Source: Mobula hypostoma
Taxonomy: Eukaryota
Assembly (NCBI RefSeq): GCF_963921235.1
Contig: NC_086108.1
Span: 63,862,001 to 63,926,000, forward strand
Direction of reading: 5' to 3'
DNA length: 64,000 bases
Shown here one piece after another: positions 62,965-64,000 of the stretch. Position 1 is the stretch's first letter, and every line of letters begins with the position of its first letter. The notes beneath the pieces are model-generated. The model did no database searches. It worked only from the letters and a program-made list of their open reading frames with translations, and was not told where the DNA came from. Both the position numbers and the translations under genes were made by a program.

Positions 62965-64000
62965 CTTCCAAAGTTTAAAGTAAATTTATTATCAAAGTAC
63001 ATATATGCCACCATATACAACCCTGAGATTCATTTTCCTGTGGGCATTCACAGGAAATACAAGAAACACAACAGAATCAATGAAAGATCACCCCAGCAGG
63101 ATGAAAAAACAATTAATGTGCAAAAGACAATAAATTGTGATAACACAAAATCAGAAGAAAAAACAAAATACTACTAATAATGAATAAATAAACAATAAGT
63201 ATCAAGACTAGTTCCATGATGGGTCAAGTGAAGTTGAGTGAAGTTCTCCAGAGTGGTTCAAGTGCCTGATGGTTGTGGGTTAATGACAGTTCCTGAACCT
63301 GCTGGTGCGGGTGCTGAGGCTCCTGTACCTTCTTTCTGATAGCAGCAGTGAGAAGACAGCATGATCTAGTTGGTGGGGGTCCTTAATAATGAATGCTGCT
63401 TTCCTGCAACTTGGCTTCATGTAGGTATGTTCGATGGTGGAGGGCTTTACCCATCATAGGCTGGGCTGTATCCATTACATTTTTGGAGGATTTTCCGTTC
63501 AAGGGCATTGGAGTTTCCATACCAGGCTCCAACCAATAAATACACTCTATACCACATATGTATAGGAGTTTGGCAAAGTTTTAGATGACATGTCAAATCT
63601 TTGCAAACTTCTAAGGAAGTGGAGGTGCTGCCATGCCTTCTTTGTAATGGTATGTAGCTGCTAGACACAGGACAGGTACACTGAAATGATAGTAGCAAGG
63701 AATTTAAACTCGCTAATCCTCTCCACCTCTGATCCCCCAGTGCAGATTGGCTCAGGGACCTCTAACTTCCTCCTCCTGAATTCAAAAGTCAGCTCCTTGG
63801 TCTTGCATTGGAGCTTTGCTTAGACTCCTAGTCATAAGTATACTGTAAATAGAGCAGGGGGCTAAGCACACACCTTGTGGTGCACCTGTGCTGATGGAGA
63901 TTGTGGAGGAGATGTTGCTAATTCAAATTGACTGGGATCTGCAAGTGAGGAAATTGAGGATCTAGGTGCACAAGGAGCTACTGAGTACTAGGTCTTGAAG
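62965..64000 (-). mobile_element. Decayed Rex1/Babar-like LINE
   Basis: GAPQGVCLAP-like region near 63870; AWYGNSNALERK.LQ; 3' end near 62970. Confidence 0.7.

Noticed and set aside
1..64000. CRISPR array, prokaryotic operon, rRNA
   Set aside because: None seen; this is vertebrate intronic DNA with no regularly spaced repeat-spacer structure.

Overview
Eukaryotic genomic DNA. The repeat content (abundant CR1, Penelope-like, Rex1/Babar, RTE and V-type SINE elements) suggests a cartilaginous fish, probably a ray; this is inference only. The window appears to lie inside one large minus-strand gene of the FREM1 family (FRAS1-related extracellular matrix protein 1, possibly the frem1b-type paralogue). 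Seven internal coding exons (197, 91, 168, 209, 94, 253 and 195 nt, spanning 54282 to 8447) have GT-AG ends and matching phases. They splice into an open frame of 1207 nt encoding CSPG/NG2 repeats; start and stop lie outside the window. Most of the intronic DNA is decayed, often nested transposable elements, which account for most of the ORF track. Most notable observations: (1) Penelope-derived inverted repeats carrying minimal hammerhead-ribozyme motifs, best preserved at 59848-59891; (2) a young Penelope insertion with a 74-bp hairpin and a 14-bp TSD; (3) a CpG-rich non-coding retroelement with a YY1-motif head, inserted in a SINE B-box; (4) a mariner-like MITE with three TIR copies; (5) a possible Helentron-type element; (6) a candidate extra exon or internal promoter in the 28-kb intron. 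I found no convincing wholly novel coding system. TE boundaries are approximate unless a TSD is cited.
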